The notes below the pieces were generated by a model. The model was given only the letters and a program-made list of their open reading frames with translations, was not told the origin of the DNA and did no database searches. From Octopus sinensis (taxonomy: Eukaryota), in the NCBI RefSeq assembly GCF_006345805.1, contig NC_042998.1:98890001-98954000 (forward strand): a stretch of DNA of 64,000 nucleotides, in the 5' to 3' direction. Made by a program: the position numbers and the translations under genes. Positions 11,783 to 23,900 of the stretch are shown here, one piece after another (position 1 is the stretch's first letter; the number at the start of each line of letters is the position of its first letter).

Positions 11783-11792
<10 letters not shown>
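11679..11792 (+). repeat. 114-bp perfect inverted copy of 7632-7745 (Penelope-like terminal fragment), followed by (TA)n
   Basis: Base-by-base reverse complement of 7632-7745. Contains GAAACGATTGTAGTGG but not the CTGAAGA half of the hammerhead. Confidence 0.9.
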
Positions 11793-11821
<29 letters not shown>

Positions 11822-12083
11822 CTATCTCTCTCTCTATATATATAGATAGATAGATATAGATGTAGATATATATATATATATATAGATGTATATATAGATA
11901 TAGCTATAGATGTATACATACATATATACACACGTGCAGCCTCCTGGCTTCCAAGATCCTAGTTGAACCATCCAGCCTATGCCAGTATGGAAAACGGATG
12001 TTAAACGATGATGATGATGTATGTATATATATTTGTATGTATGTATATATATGTATATATGTATGTATATATATTTGTATATA

Positions 12084-13175
12084 CAAGGTAAATTCCAGAA
12101 AGCTTGAGACTTTTTTAGAATAGACAATTATAACCATCCAAGATTATTGTAATTTTAGTATATCTTTACCATACATCTATTAAGCTGAAAGTCATGAAAT
12201 GCTCCAAACTGCTTATGAATTAACTTGCACAAGCTGAGCATCTATTTTTCACTGGCACAAGAGGTTCAAGAACAGTTTAGAGGAGGTGAGAGATGACAAA
12301 AGGTATGCAAAGAAGAGGGTTATCAAAATATCAGAGCGGTTGAGAAAATTCACAATTTTCTGGATGAAAAATAATTATATGTCTCTGAAGACAATAAATA
12401 TAGATTTTGGAGTTGGAGTTGGTGTGGAAACAGTACACAGAATTATTCATGAAGATTTGAACAAATACAAAATTTGTACAAAGTTTGTTCCAAGGTGCTC
12501 AATAACAAATAGAAGTAAAGATGCACTGGTGACAGCAGGGAGACGAATGAGCTCATTACCTCCAATTCAAGAGTACTTGAGACTCTGGTGACCTGTGACA
12601 AAAGCTGGATCCACTCTTATGAACAACAGACTAAGAGAGTACCCAATGGATTCCCTAAACTTAAGAAGGCCAAGCAAATCAAGTCCACCAAGAAGCTCAT
12701 GATGATCCCCTTTTACAACAGCAAGGGCATCATGTGCATACACTGGGTTCCCTCTTGCCAGACAGTGAACAAAGAGTACTTTATGGAGATTTTTAGAGAG
12801 TTCAGAAAGAGATTTCATCTCCAAAAGTGTAGAACTCTTCCACTTTAGTCAGATCACATTTCCATCCTGGTAATCAACTACTTGATAGAGACAAGCATTA
12901 AAACTGCCCCTCACCCCCTCTATAGTCAAGACTTTGTGACTTTTGTTCCCCGAGCTGAAGGGGAACCTTGGGGGCAGACATTGAGAAGATAAAGGAAGTT
13001 GTGACAAGGGCTCTGGACACCTTCACTTTGCAGGACTTCCATGAGGGCTTCATGAAGTGCTTGAAGCAGTATTGAAATCAGAAAATCATACTTTGAAGGA
13101 GACTGAAGTTTTATAATTCTTTGAAATTAATAACTGTCTCTTCTGAAAAAAGTCTCAAAACTTCTAGAATGCATC
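12084..13175 (+). mobile_element. Degenerate mariner transposon
   Basis: Imperfect TIRs (CAAGGTAAATTCCAGAAAGCTTGAGACT / AGTCTCAAAACTTCTAGAATGCATC) with TA flanks; transposase remnants CTKFVPR and LVTCDKSWIHSYE. Confidence 0.8.
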
Positions 13176-13179
13176 TATC

Positions 13180-14020
13180 ATCATCATCATCATTTAACGT
13201 CTGTTTTCCATGTTGGCATGGGATGGATGGTTCAACTGGGGTTTGGGAAGCCAGGAGGCTGCACCAGGCTCCAGTTTGATCTGGCAGTGTTTCTTCAGCT
13301 AGATGCCCTTCCTAATGCCAACCACTCCGAGTGTGTAGTGGGTGCTTTTTACATGCCACTGGACAGGAGTCAGAGGGGACTGGCAATAACCATGATCAGT
13401 TGGTGCTTTTTACATGCCTCCAGTCAGAAGCCAGTCAAGGCACACTGGCATTGGCCATGTTTGAATGGTGCTTTTTACATGCCACCAACATGGGGATCAC
13501 ATCTAAACTTTCCATTTGATTTTGGTTTTGATGTACTTGACTCAATAGATCTCCTCAAGCAAGGCATGTCGCCCTACAATCCAAGGTACTTTTGAGTGAA
13601 CTGGTTATGCGACACTGATGTAAGTTACAGCTGTGAAATCACTTTATTTGCTGGGTCTTCTCAGTCACAGCATACCTCCAGAGGTCTTGGTCTTTTGTCA
13701 TTGCCTCTGTGAGCCCAACATTCGAAGGTCATGCTTCACCACCTCATCTTATAGCTTCCTGGGTCTCCATCTACCTCAGATTTCTTCCACTGTTTGGGAG
13801 TGGCACTTCTTCACACAGATCTCCTCATTCATCTGTAGTACATGACCATACCAATGCAAACATCTCTCTTGTGTGTCACATCTGATGCTTCTTCTGTCCA
13901 ACATTTCTCTCAGGGCACTTACACTCTGTCGTGTGTGCACACTTACATTACACATCCAGCAGATCATGCTAGCTTCATTTCTTTCGAGCCTACGCATATC
14001 TTCTGCAGTCACTGCTCATA
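13180..14020 (-). mobile_element. Short 5'-truncated RTE LINE end plus tail
   Basis: ORF 13776-14012 (EDMRRLERNEASM..WMCNV...RCLHWYGHV) followed by the shared tail. Confidence 0.85.
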
Positions 14021-14685
14021 TTTCTCTGGACTGAATTTGTTATTTTGCTCTATACATCTATATTAATTGTGGTTTCTGCAATCAGGGAGGATGGAGATCT
14101 TATTTTTCTTGATTTCGCTTTTTGCTTCTCATTCCTTTTTTTTTTTGCATCAACCTTCTTCACATTTTTTTCACTTTTTTTATATTTTCTCACTGTCCAG
14201 CATCCTTGTTTTTAAAATATCTATAACACATGAACACAGACTGAAAGATTGCTTGGAGATACATGGTGTATTTTATAAATATGCCTAGTTAAAGTCTCAT
14301 AAAGGCATGAAACTATTTGTAGTTCTTTTGGTTGTGTATTAAATTTATTTTTATCTCTCACTGGTTGGAGTACATTTTTGTTGATTCTACCATTATTGGA
14401 TCTCTAAATATATATATATTAATGTTTGTTCTTTTGTCAAGTTATATATAAAAACAATTTAACATTAAACTGAAGAATTATTTTTAGCGTTTTTAGTTTA
14501 GAAGAAGTATTTTTAGGTGACTATATGTTTATTAAACTTTTGCAAGAAGTGGGGTGTCATATCAGCATCTTCAAAGTTTCGGAATGCTAGTCTTCATTGA
14601 ACTTTCTGACTAAAGCCTGCTGGCTGAAACTTCAAATCATTGTCACACCACTGCTGTGCAGTAAGAAGCTTACTTCCTGACTGCA

Positions 14686-15207
14686 TGTTGGTTTAGTGGG
14701 TTTCCCATCACATGAGGGTTCAGGCCCACTTGTAGCACCTTGGGAGAATGGCTTCTCTGAGCCAACCAAAACTTTGTGAGTGCATTTCATGGATGGAAAC
14801 TGAAAGAAGCCTGCTGTATATATATATATATATATATATATTCATCATCATCATTGTTCAACCGTGGTCGAGACAATGGAATTTACCATGGTAGAATTTA
14901 CTTCACGGTCCATCATGGCATTACGGAGGTCCTGTTGCTTGATGCCTGTTGGTTTAGTGGGTTTCCCACCACATGAGGGTTCAGGCCCACTTGTAGCACC
15001 TTGGGAGAATGGCTTCTCTGAGCCAACCAAAACCTTGTGAGTGCATTTCATGGATGGAAACTGAAAGAAGCCTGCTGTATATATATATATATATATATTC
15101 ATCATCATCATTGTTTGACCGTGGTCAAGACAATGGAATTTACCATGCTACGCCAGACTTCACGGTCCATCATGGCATTACGGAGGTCCTGTTGCTGGAT
15201 GCCTGTA
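14686..15207. repeat. Two-copy tandem duplication, period ~261 bp, each unit holding a SINE fragment, (TA)n and the 3' end of a second RTE family on the minus strand
   Basis: TGTTGGTTTAGTGGGTTTCCCA recurs at 14686 and 14947; minus-strand peptide QQQDLRNAMMDREV...MVNSIVSTTVEQ* then (TGA)n. Confidence 0.85.
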
Positions 15208-15476
15208 TCCCTGGAGATTACATCAGGGTAGGAAAGGTCTCGGTCTCTAGTCATTCCTGATGATTACCTTAAGTCTTGATATACATATATATTTAAGTGC
15301 TAATATCAGACAGTGAGAATGATATCCACTGCATTAGTGGGTAAGTAATCTTTATCCATAGGTTAACAAAGCTACAATTGTTTATAGTGAGAAGATGTCT
15401 CAGTAATTATCAAACCTGTGACATGAGACACTGGTACTTTTCTACATCTTGGATATACATGTGCGTGCATGTTTGA

Positions 15477-15542
<66 letters not shown>

Positions 15543-16329
15543 GAGTGCATATGTGTTTTTGTCTCCATGTCTTGACATTGCATGATAGTTGTAAATGAGT
15601 GTTGTTGTTATACAAGCAGTGTCATTCATTTCCAATATTCTATGAAAGCAAGTATGGCCATGAGGAATTCTTACCTTGCTTGGAAATAGGTGAGGGTTGG
15701 CAACAGGAAAGGCATCCAGCTGTAGGAAAACTACCCCAAATATATTCTGTTTGACCCATAGAAGCATGGAAAAGTGGGTATTTAATGATGATATATGAAA
15801 TTATTCCCCTTTCATTTCTACCACTGGGGCACCTGAATATTTTGTAGCCTGCTCTTCTTGATCTTTTGGACCTCAAACAATGTGATATGGAATTAAATAT
15901 TGGACTAACTTCCATTCAAATGTTTGCTTGAGTTTAGTAACCCTGAGGGCATCCATGCATACCTGTATATATGTGAAATCACTGACTGTATATGGGGTTG
16001 AACTTGCAACTCTTAGAACTTGTGTATTCACTTAACTCAAGAATAAATCAAGACTTAAGGTAATCATCATCATTGTACTTTAATGTCCTTTTTCCACGCT
16101 GGCATTGGTTGGATGGTTTCACTAGAGCTGAGAAGCAAGAGAGCTGCACCAGGTTCCAGTCTGATTTGGCTTGATTTCTATGGCTGGATGCTCTTCCTAA
16201 TGCCAACCACTTCACAGAGCGAACTTGGTGCTTTTTATGTGACACTAGCTCAGGTGCATTTTACATGACATCATCATAAGTGCTCTTTATGTGACACCAG
16301 CCCAGGGTTCTTACTGTCCAGTCCTCTTT

Positions 16330-16780
16330 ATAAGGAGAGGGACATTAACACTTTTGCTGTGGAGGACAGGTCTGCTTGAAAGATTACCTACTCCAGTACA
16401 AAGATAGCCTTATTTCTCATTTACTAAACACCATCAACAATGAGTGAGCCACTAGCTCCTAATCAACCCATTAAGACTCCTAAAAGGATGAAGTCTCTAC
16501 ATCATCACAGCCTATTAAAAAAGGCAACTAAATCTCACCCTGTTGTCTTTAAAAAAAATGATAGAACATGTATTAAATAATGTAGTTCTAGATATCCTAC
16601 AAAAAAGGTGGTATGGTCAATCAGATATCTGCTCAGTCAGAGTTGACCTGGAGCTAGAAATAGCAGCCAAATATCTCACATCACATTTATCAAAGTATCT
16701 TAACAATTCAGCAATATGTAGCTCTCAGTTTATTTTGTATTACATAAAGTTTGGATTGCACCCCCATGAGTAATGCAAAT
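16330..16780 (+). mobile_element. Possible highly degenerate LINE reverse-transcriptase relic
   Basis: Fragmentary similarity to RT domain-1/2 wording (PV..KKMIEHVLNN..L); many stops. Confidence 0.25.
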
Positions 16781-17225
16781 GCTTTTACATTTCCCCCCTT
16801 TCATTTCATACATACTCATATCTGTATAAATATGTATGCATGATGTATGCTTTACATAGGAGCAATTGTAGCAGAATGAAGCTAAGAGACTACAAATGAA
16901 GTTAACACAATGAATCAGAAAAAATAGAGCAGTGTATATTTAAGATTGACAGGACAAAATTTTGTCTGTATAAATAATGTCAAACCTACTGATGGATTAA
17001 ATCTGGTGAGACAGCTTTAAGAAAGCTACTTTCCTATTTGTTGATCTAGAGAAGACCTCATTCTGCATCTACAGCAGTCCACACATATAATACATATAAA
17101 CTAATAATGGTGGCAATGACTTGAACATTAATTGTTTTCAGTGTAAATTTTGAAGCCGTAGTGAGAGTCATTGAAGATAATGCTCGTATTTTCTCTTACT
17201 GCGACCTTATTCATGAAGGTTTTAA

Positions 17226-17444
17226 CCCTTTCATACCAATCCAGCTGAAACCGGCTCTGGCTCTGAGTACAAATGTCTTATTTTCATAAGTTTTGAATTA
17301 AAATTTCCCACCATACCTTAGCCACAATTTATGTTCCTAACACTAGCTTAATGATAACTAAGTTATTTTACTAAATTCTTTGTTATATTTAAAGTAATTG
17401 AAAGAAACACAGGGCGTCTCAAAATAAATACAGTAATGAAAGGG
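17226..17444. mobile_element. piggyBac-type MITE (219 bp)
   Basis: TTAA|CCCTTTCAT ... ATGAAAGGG|TTAA: TTAA target duplication and CCC/GGG termini. Confidence 0.85.
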
Positions 17445-17705
17445 TTAAAAGAGGATTCAAAGACATATTGCACCTGAGAACTGTTTTGTATAAACAACCT
17501 AATTTCTTTATAGGATCAATAGAAAAGTTGTCAGAAGTTATTAAACTGCTAAGAAAGGCTGAAACTGAAAGACATGAAGTCAAATAAATAAAGGTAAAAT
17601 ATAATAAAAACAAAACATAATCCTGAAAGGGAAAATTAGTATAGTTGTTCTGGTCATTATGAAGCATAACAGAAGATTCACAGAATGAATTTACACACAT
17701 ATATA

Positions 17706-18591
17706 CAAGTGGTCTGATCAATAAGTATCCAGACTGTTGCCATAGTAACGAAGCTAAAGCACACAGAATGAAGCTGCTTGACACAGATTGACCTTGAACT
17801 CTGCTGTGCATGTGCACAAAGTTTTAACATTCTAGCTTACTTATGCTGTTTATAGCAGTGCTTCAAAGGAACGTGTATATCATATGATTGTCATATTGAC
17901 AATGATAGATAAAGTTGAGCAGAGAATCTGCATCAAATTTTGCCAAAAGCTGATTGGTACCTACTCAGAGGCCTGCATAAAGTTTTCAAAAAGTTTTCAA
18001 AAAGTTTTCTTGACACAATTAAGGAAATCTTGTGCAACTGAAACTCGAGTGTCTTCTTGGTCAGCTGAAAGAAGTTTTGGCACAAACTTGGTAGACACGT
18101 GCCTCATACCTAAATCTTCAATGATAATGAACTTAACTGAACTGTAACTAATCTGCACATCCTCTTATAACTCATGGATGATGACTAAACGATTACCCTT
18201 CACAGCTACATGCACACATGCACATCTGTGATGTTTTTCTCAGTTCTGCTGGTTGTGAGTCTCTGAGAACGTTCATCAATATCGACATGGAAATGTCTGA
18301 ACCACTTGTACACTTGTGCGCAGCTCATACCCTCCTCTCTATACACTTTCCTCAACTTAGTATAGGCCTCTGAACAGGTATCACCATGGCAACTTTCTCT
18401 CATTGTCAATGCGATGATCACATGATACATACATTCATTCCAAGCACTGCTGTAAACAGAGGAAGTGAGCTAGAACATTAAAACTTAGTGTGCACAGTAG
18501 AGTTGAAGGTCAATTTTTGCTAAGCAACTTCTCTGCATGCTTTAGCTTCGTTACTATGGCAACAGTCCAGATACTTATCGATCAGACTTTG
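17706..18591. mobile_element. Fold-back mariner derivative built from two 5' ends
   Basis: TA flanks; arms of ~280 bp are inverted copies extending into the transposase start (MIDKVEQRICIKFCQK on +; SEAYTKLRKVY.E..MSCAQVYKWF on -). Confidence 0.8.
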
Positions 18592-18617
18592 TATATATAC
18601 ATATATTTATATATATA

Positions 18618-19760
18618 CTAGCATTATGACCAGTCGTTGCCGGGTCATAGTGCTAGTGCATGTATATATGTGTATATATATATGTACATATTACATGTAC
18701 ATCTATATATATACATCTACACATAAAATACAAAATACAAAGTTATATCTTGATATCGCTAGTGATAACAATACTCAAAATATATAACAGACTGGAATTG
18801 TAGGCCCGTCTCTGGCAATTTTGATCAACTGTATCTTGTCCTCCCTTTTGTATAGAAGTGTGGCTACAATCCAGCCTACCTCTACTTCTGGGGGGACATT
18901 TTAAATCTTTATCCAGGACATTCTACGTCCCAGATATAAAGGTAAAAATAAAATATTTCCACTTTGCAAGGTTCGAGTCGAGTACTCCCTTGCACACTCT
19001 GTTGACTCAAACCTTGCTTCTATTGTGGCGAATTTACCGCCTCTGGTTAGATACTTGATATCTTTCATAGTCGCACCAAGACACTTTCCGAAGGTGCTTT
19101 CCTCCAGTCCTTTATGTATAAGAAATAAACCAACAGCAGTACTCAGTAGAAGCGGCTGTTTGAGAAAACAGACATTACATACAGCCAAACTTCATATAGA
19201 TACTTAATGCTAGCTAATTAGCAGATAATCTAATGTGAAAGCTGTGGTAAAGGGTATGTGCACAGCTCCATCTGGACTATTCCATTTCTGTACACTAATT
19301 TTATTTTTAATTTATTCCCATTCATGTGAAACCACTTATTCAAGTTCAAGTCATTGATGCAATTTTATACCAATTGATATTTTTACTTTTGTTATGTTAC
19401 GATTTAATTATTATATTATACATTAGTTTGATTTTAATTATTACTTACTACATATAATTCAATTGTTATTATTATCTCTAATTTTTATTGTTAAAGTGAA
19501 AGAATCTGACATAAAATAGAGAAATGTTTTTGTTTCACTTTTAGCACATAATACTGAAATAGTGGAGAAGATATGATATTGCTATGGGCTCGCCCTAGGC
19601 AAGAAGTTGAACATTTTTTTGCCCATGAAACTACATGGACCCTAAGTAAGGCATGTGTAAAATTTTAATGAAATTGATTGTGTAGTTCTCAAGTTTTAGG
19701 GAAACACACAGACAGACAGACAGACAGACAGACACATTCTCAGTTTTATATATAGAGAGA
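18618..19760 (-). mobile_element. Non-autonomous Helitron carrying an internal coding fragment
   Basis: Minus strand begins A|TCTCTCTATATATAAAA and ends with a hairpin and CTAG|T; (GACA)n near the 5' end; internal ORF 18901-19188. Confidence 0.75.
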
Positions 19761-20221
19761 TATATATGGTGTGTTAGAGAGAGAGAATGAGAGAAAGAGA
19801 GAGAGAATGTAATTAACAGATGAATAGATGGTATTTAAGACACATTTTTTAAAAACCAGAGCATTCACCTTATTGATAGCACCAACAATATAAATCTTTT
19901 CACTGAAAATAAATGTTATTTAGGTCATCCAATTAATGCAGGTGTGGTAATATTGTGGTAAAGCCAGCACCATCATACTAATAAAAATAATGCAGCAAAA
20001 ACTATATATGCTACTACAGAGAAATCTTTCTGATACCTCTTACTGATTCTATAACATAAGCTTCTATTGAAGCATGTTTGTGTTGAACATAGTATTCAGG
20101 TGTGGTCCAAGGAATTTTTTGAAGGAAGGGCACAATGTCAGAAGGAAATACAATTAAGGAGAAAAGGGTGTAATAACCTTTTTTAGAAGATACTATTCTA
20201 TATTTTAGAGATGAGGAATTA

Positions 20222-20437
20222 TGTACAATATTTACAATGGATGGATAGGTGTCCTCACCTTCTTTTTTGTTACCACATTTCAGCCAATGTACTTTCCAGC
20301 TTTCAGCAGGTGTTCTGGTGAAATTTTGAGCCCAACCCTGGAGAGTACATCAACCACGGCTGGACAGAACATCATCCGAAACGTTGTGGTAACAACAAGC
20401 AAGGTGAGGACACCTATCTGTCCATTGTAAATAATGT
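20222..20437. repeat. Palindromic ~215-bp element with ~55-bp inverted arms and decayed hammerhead-like cores
   Basis: TACAATATTTACAATGGATGGATAGGTGTCCTCACCTT...GTTACCACA versus TGTGGTAAC...AAGGTGAGGACACCTATCTGTCCATTGTAAATAATGTA. Minus strand inside reads CTGCTGA...GGCTGAAAT; plus strand reads ...CCGAAACG. Confidence 0.7.
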
Positions 20438-20858
20438 AGGTGTAATAGGATCTGGAATCGGTATAACTGAAGGGGTGTCGATCCGATCCCGTCACATACA
20501 ATTTATTTAGATATAACAGACAAAGTGAGGTTATCTGGGAAAGACAGCAGTGTTGTTTATTATTCGTGATGGTGTACGTATTTCTGAAGGGAAAACGACA
20601 GCCGAATCTGTTGTACAGCTTCTTGTTGGTTGGTTGAAGTGATTCGATGTCGTCCACGGCTGAGTCGGTATAGTTATCAGAGACTACCAAATGCACGTCT
20701 GTTCCCGAGGGCTGAAATGGCCAGAGAGGATGAATGAGTGATTTGTGCCTTAGGGGTCAGTTTCCCGCACATGCGCATGGGGAAGACTTCCGGTGGCCAC
20801 CCGGAAGTAGTCCCATTCTGCGCATGCGCGCTGAGCCTTACACAGTAGCATCATTACA

Positions 20859-20870
20859 TGGCTCCCCCTC
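20859..20870 (-). promoter_or_regulatory. Polypurine tract of the Gypsy element
   Basis: GAGGGGGAGCCA directly before the 3' LTR on the minus strand. Confidence 0.85.
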
Positions 20871-20962
20871 GAGTGCGGAAGTACGAAAACAAGAAAATTT
20901 GTAGTGGTGCTGCAGAAAAACAGATGGCTTGCCGATCCCCACAGAAGATTTGGTACACAATG

Positions 20963-23900
20963 TCATACAAAAACAAGAAATTTGAGAGAAAGAAAGTTAA
21001 ATATAAATTGTCTTTGAGAGTTTCTTGGGCCAATGCACTGTTCTGCCCGATCTTGTAACATACGGTGTGCTCGGGCACCCGTTGACGGCGAAGGTGGTGT
21101 TGTGGGAGCCGGTGAAGGCAAAGGTGTCTGTGCAGGTGAAGGTGTTTGTGCAGGTGAAGGTGTTGTTAAAGGTGCATAGGTGGGTGTGGCAAGGTTGTCA
21201 TCAAAAGATGAAGATGTCTCAAAGTATGCTTTCTTCAGTCGGTCCACGGAAACAGTCTCCGAAGGACCACTTATTTCAATAGTGAACACCTTAGGTGTGC
21301 GAGAAAGTACACGGAAAGGTCCTTTATAGGGAGAAACAAGTGGTCCCTTGACAGAGTTGTCCCGAACGAAAACATGCGACCAAGTGTCCATATCCGGTGG
21401 GAGATTGTTTCCTGGGAACCATGGGTGGAAGATTCGAGAAATATGAACGCAGTCTGGCGACATAGGTCGCCGGATCATGGGGCTGGGAAGTGTCTGGCAC
21501 CAACATCGTACCAGGCAATGCCAGTGTGGTACCATACAGTAGCTCTGCAGAAGAGAACCCCAGGTCTGCTTGACAGCAGTCCGACAACGGAGAAGCACAA
21601 TTGGCAGAAATTCAATCCAGGACTGTGGATCTGAAGGGGCACGAAGAGCGGCCTTGAGCTGTCTCTGGAACCGTTCAACTAATCCATTAGACGCTGGATG
21701 ATAGCTGGTAGTGTGGATATGATGCACACCTAAAATGCGCGACAATTCGCGAAATAGCGAAGCTTCAAACTGACGTCCACGATCAGTAGTCAATCTGGAT
21801 GGGACTCCGAAACGGGAAATCCAGTTTGAAACGAAGGCTCGCGCAACAGTCTCAGCAGAAATGTCTGCTATTGGAATGGCTTCTGGCCAGCGGGAGAAAC
21901 GATCGACACAAGTTAACAGATAAGAAAACCCGCGACTCACAGGTCATGGTCCAACCAGATCGATGTGGACATGGCGAAAACGGGCCTCCGTAGGGGGAAA
22001 ATGTCCAAGCGGGGCACGAACGTGCCGTTGAATCTTCGACCGTTGACACTTGGAGCAGGTGCGTGTCCAAGAAGTAATAGTGCGACGCATATTCGGCCAG
22101 AAAAACCGAGCAGTGGTCAGCTTAAGGGTGGCAGCGATGCCAGGATGTGATAAGGAGTGCAGTGCTTCAAACACTGAGCATTGATGATTCTCAGGCACGA
22201 GTGGCCTCGGAGAACCAGTGGAAGTATCACAGAGAATGGTGCCTTCGGCTGACGGAAGCGGAAGGTAGGAAAACTGGCAACAGGAGAACTTGGGAGAAGT
22301 TAAGTCTAACGACGCCAAAGGTGGCTGCTCCTGCAAGATGGCAGTTAAGTCGATAGCAGCAGGAGACGAAAGGGTGCAGACTGGAAGGCGAGAGAGAGCG
22401 TCAGCACGAACGTTCTCTTTTCCAGGTATGTGTCGAATGTTACTAGTGAATTGAGAGATAAAATCCAGGTGCCGGAAAGCACAAGGCGATAGTTTGTCCG
22501 TTTTTGAACACAGGGCAAACGTAAGGGGCTTGTGATCCGTATAGATCACAAAATCTCGCCCTTCAAGTTGATGCTGGAAATGACGAACCGATAGATAGAT
22601 CGCTAGGAGCTCACGATCAAAGGTGCTGTATCGTCGTTCAGCTGGTTGCAGTTGGCGGGAAAAGAAAGCCAGAGGTCGAATATGATCATCCACTGTGTGT
22701 TGTAACACAGCGCCAATCGCAGTGTCCGATGCGTCTACAGTCAAAGAGAGAGAAGCACCAGGAACCGGATGTGCAAGCAAAGAAACAGAAGCCAGCTCCT
22801 TCTTAATGGACTCAAAGGCTGTGAGTGCCTCAACAGAGAGGGTGACTTGACCGTCCTTTCTAGGAGTGTCCTTTAATAGCCTGGTGAGAGGAAGTAGCTT
22901 ATCTGCACAACTGGGAATAAAACGTCTGTAGAAATTGATCATCCCTAGATAATGCCTGAGCTGGCGCAAGGAAGTGGGAGGTGCGATGCGTTGAATGGCA
23001 TCGACCTTTGACGACAGGTGGCTGATTCCATTCGAATCAATATGATGGCCTAGAAAATCTAGGGAAGAGCGTCCGAAAACACACTTGTCGGGATTTATAC
23101 GTATACTATAAGGGCGAAGACGCTGAGGAAGGTGCTGGAGATGATTTTCACGTGTGTCGCTCGCAATGAGTATATCATTGACATAGGCAAACACAAAATC
23201 AAGACCGCGGACAACCTCATCAATGAAACGCTGGAAAGTGCTAGTAGCATTCCGCAAACCGAAACTCATATACAAAAACTCAAAACACCCAAAAGGGATA
23301 GTGATCACAGTTTTCGGAACGTCGGCTGGGTTGACCAGTATTTGATGGTACGCGCGTATAAGGTCGACCTTCGAAAAAATGGTACAACCATGGAGATTTG
23401 CCGTAAAGTCCTGTAGAATTCTGATTGGATATCTGTCGGCTATTGTTACAGCATTGAGGCGTCGATAGTCTCTTACCGGGCGAAAATCAGACTCGCCCTT
23501 TCGCGCCAAATGAAGGGGAGACGCCCATGGGCTGGTGGAGGGGCGTATAAGGCCAAGTTGAAGCATGTGCTCAAACTCGGCCCTAGCCGTTTTTAGTCGG
23601 TCAGGCGCAAGGCACCGTGGGCGCGAAAATACAGGCGGACCAGTGGTGGTGATAAAATGGAGTGTCGAGTGGGTAGGCTTTTCCGGTTGAGAGGCAATGT
23701 CCACTAGCTCCGAAAATGAAGCCAAAAGAGAGTGAAAAGCGTCTCCAGAGGTGGCAACAAAGAATGTCGGGCTAAGGACCGCATAGGTGGAACTCCCAGT
23801 CGGCGTAGAGAGCGACGTCGTGCTATCAAGAAGCCTCCGACGCCTGACATCCACTAATAGATTAAACCTATCCAAGAAATCAGCGCCGAGAATAGGATGC

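Noticed and set aside
20280-20696. 138-aa minus-strand ORF repeated at 25252-25515
   Set aside because: It is read from the LTR itself and is truncated differently in the two copies; no protein similarity is recognised.
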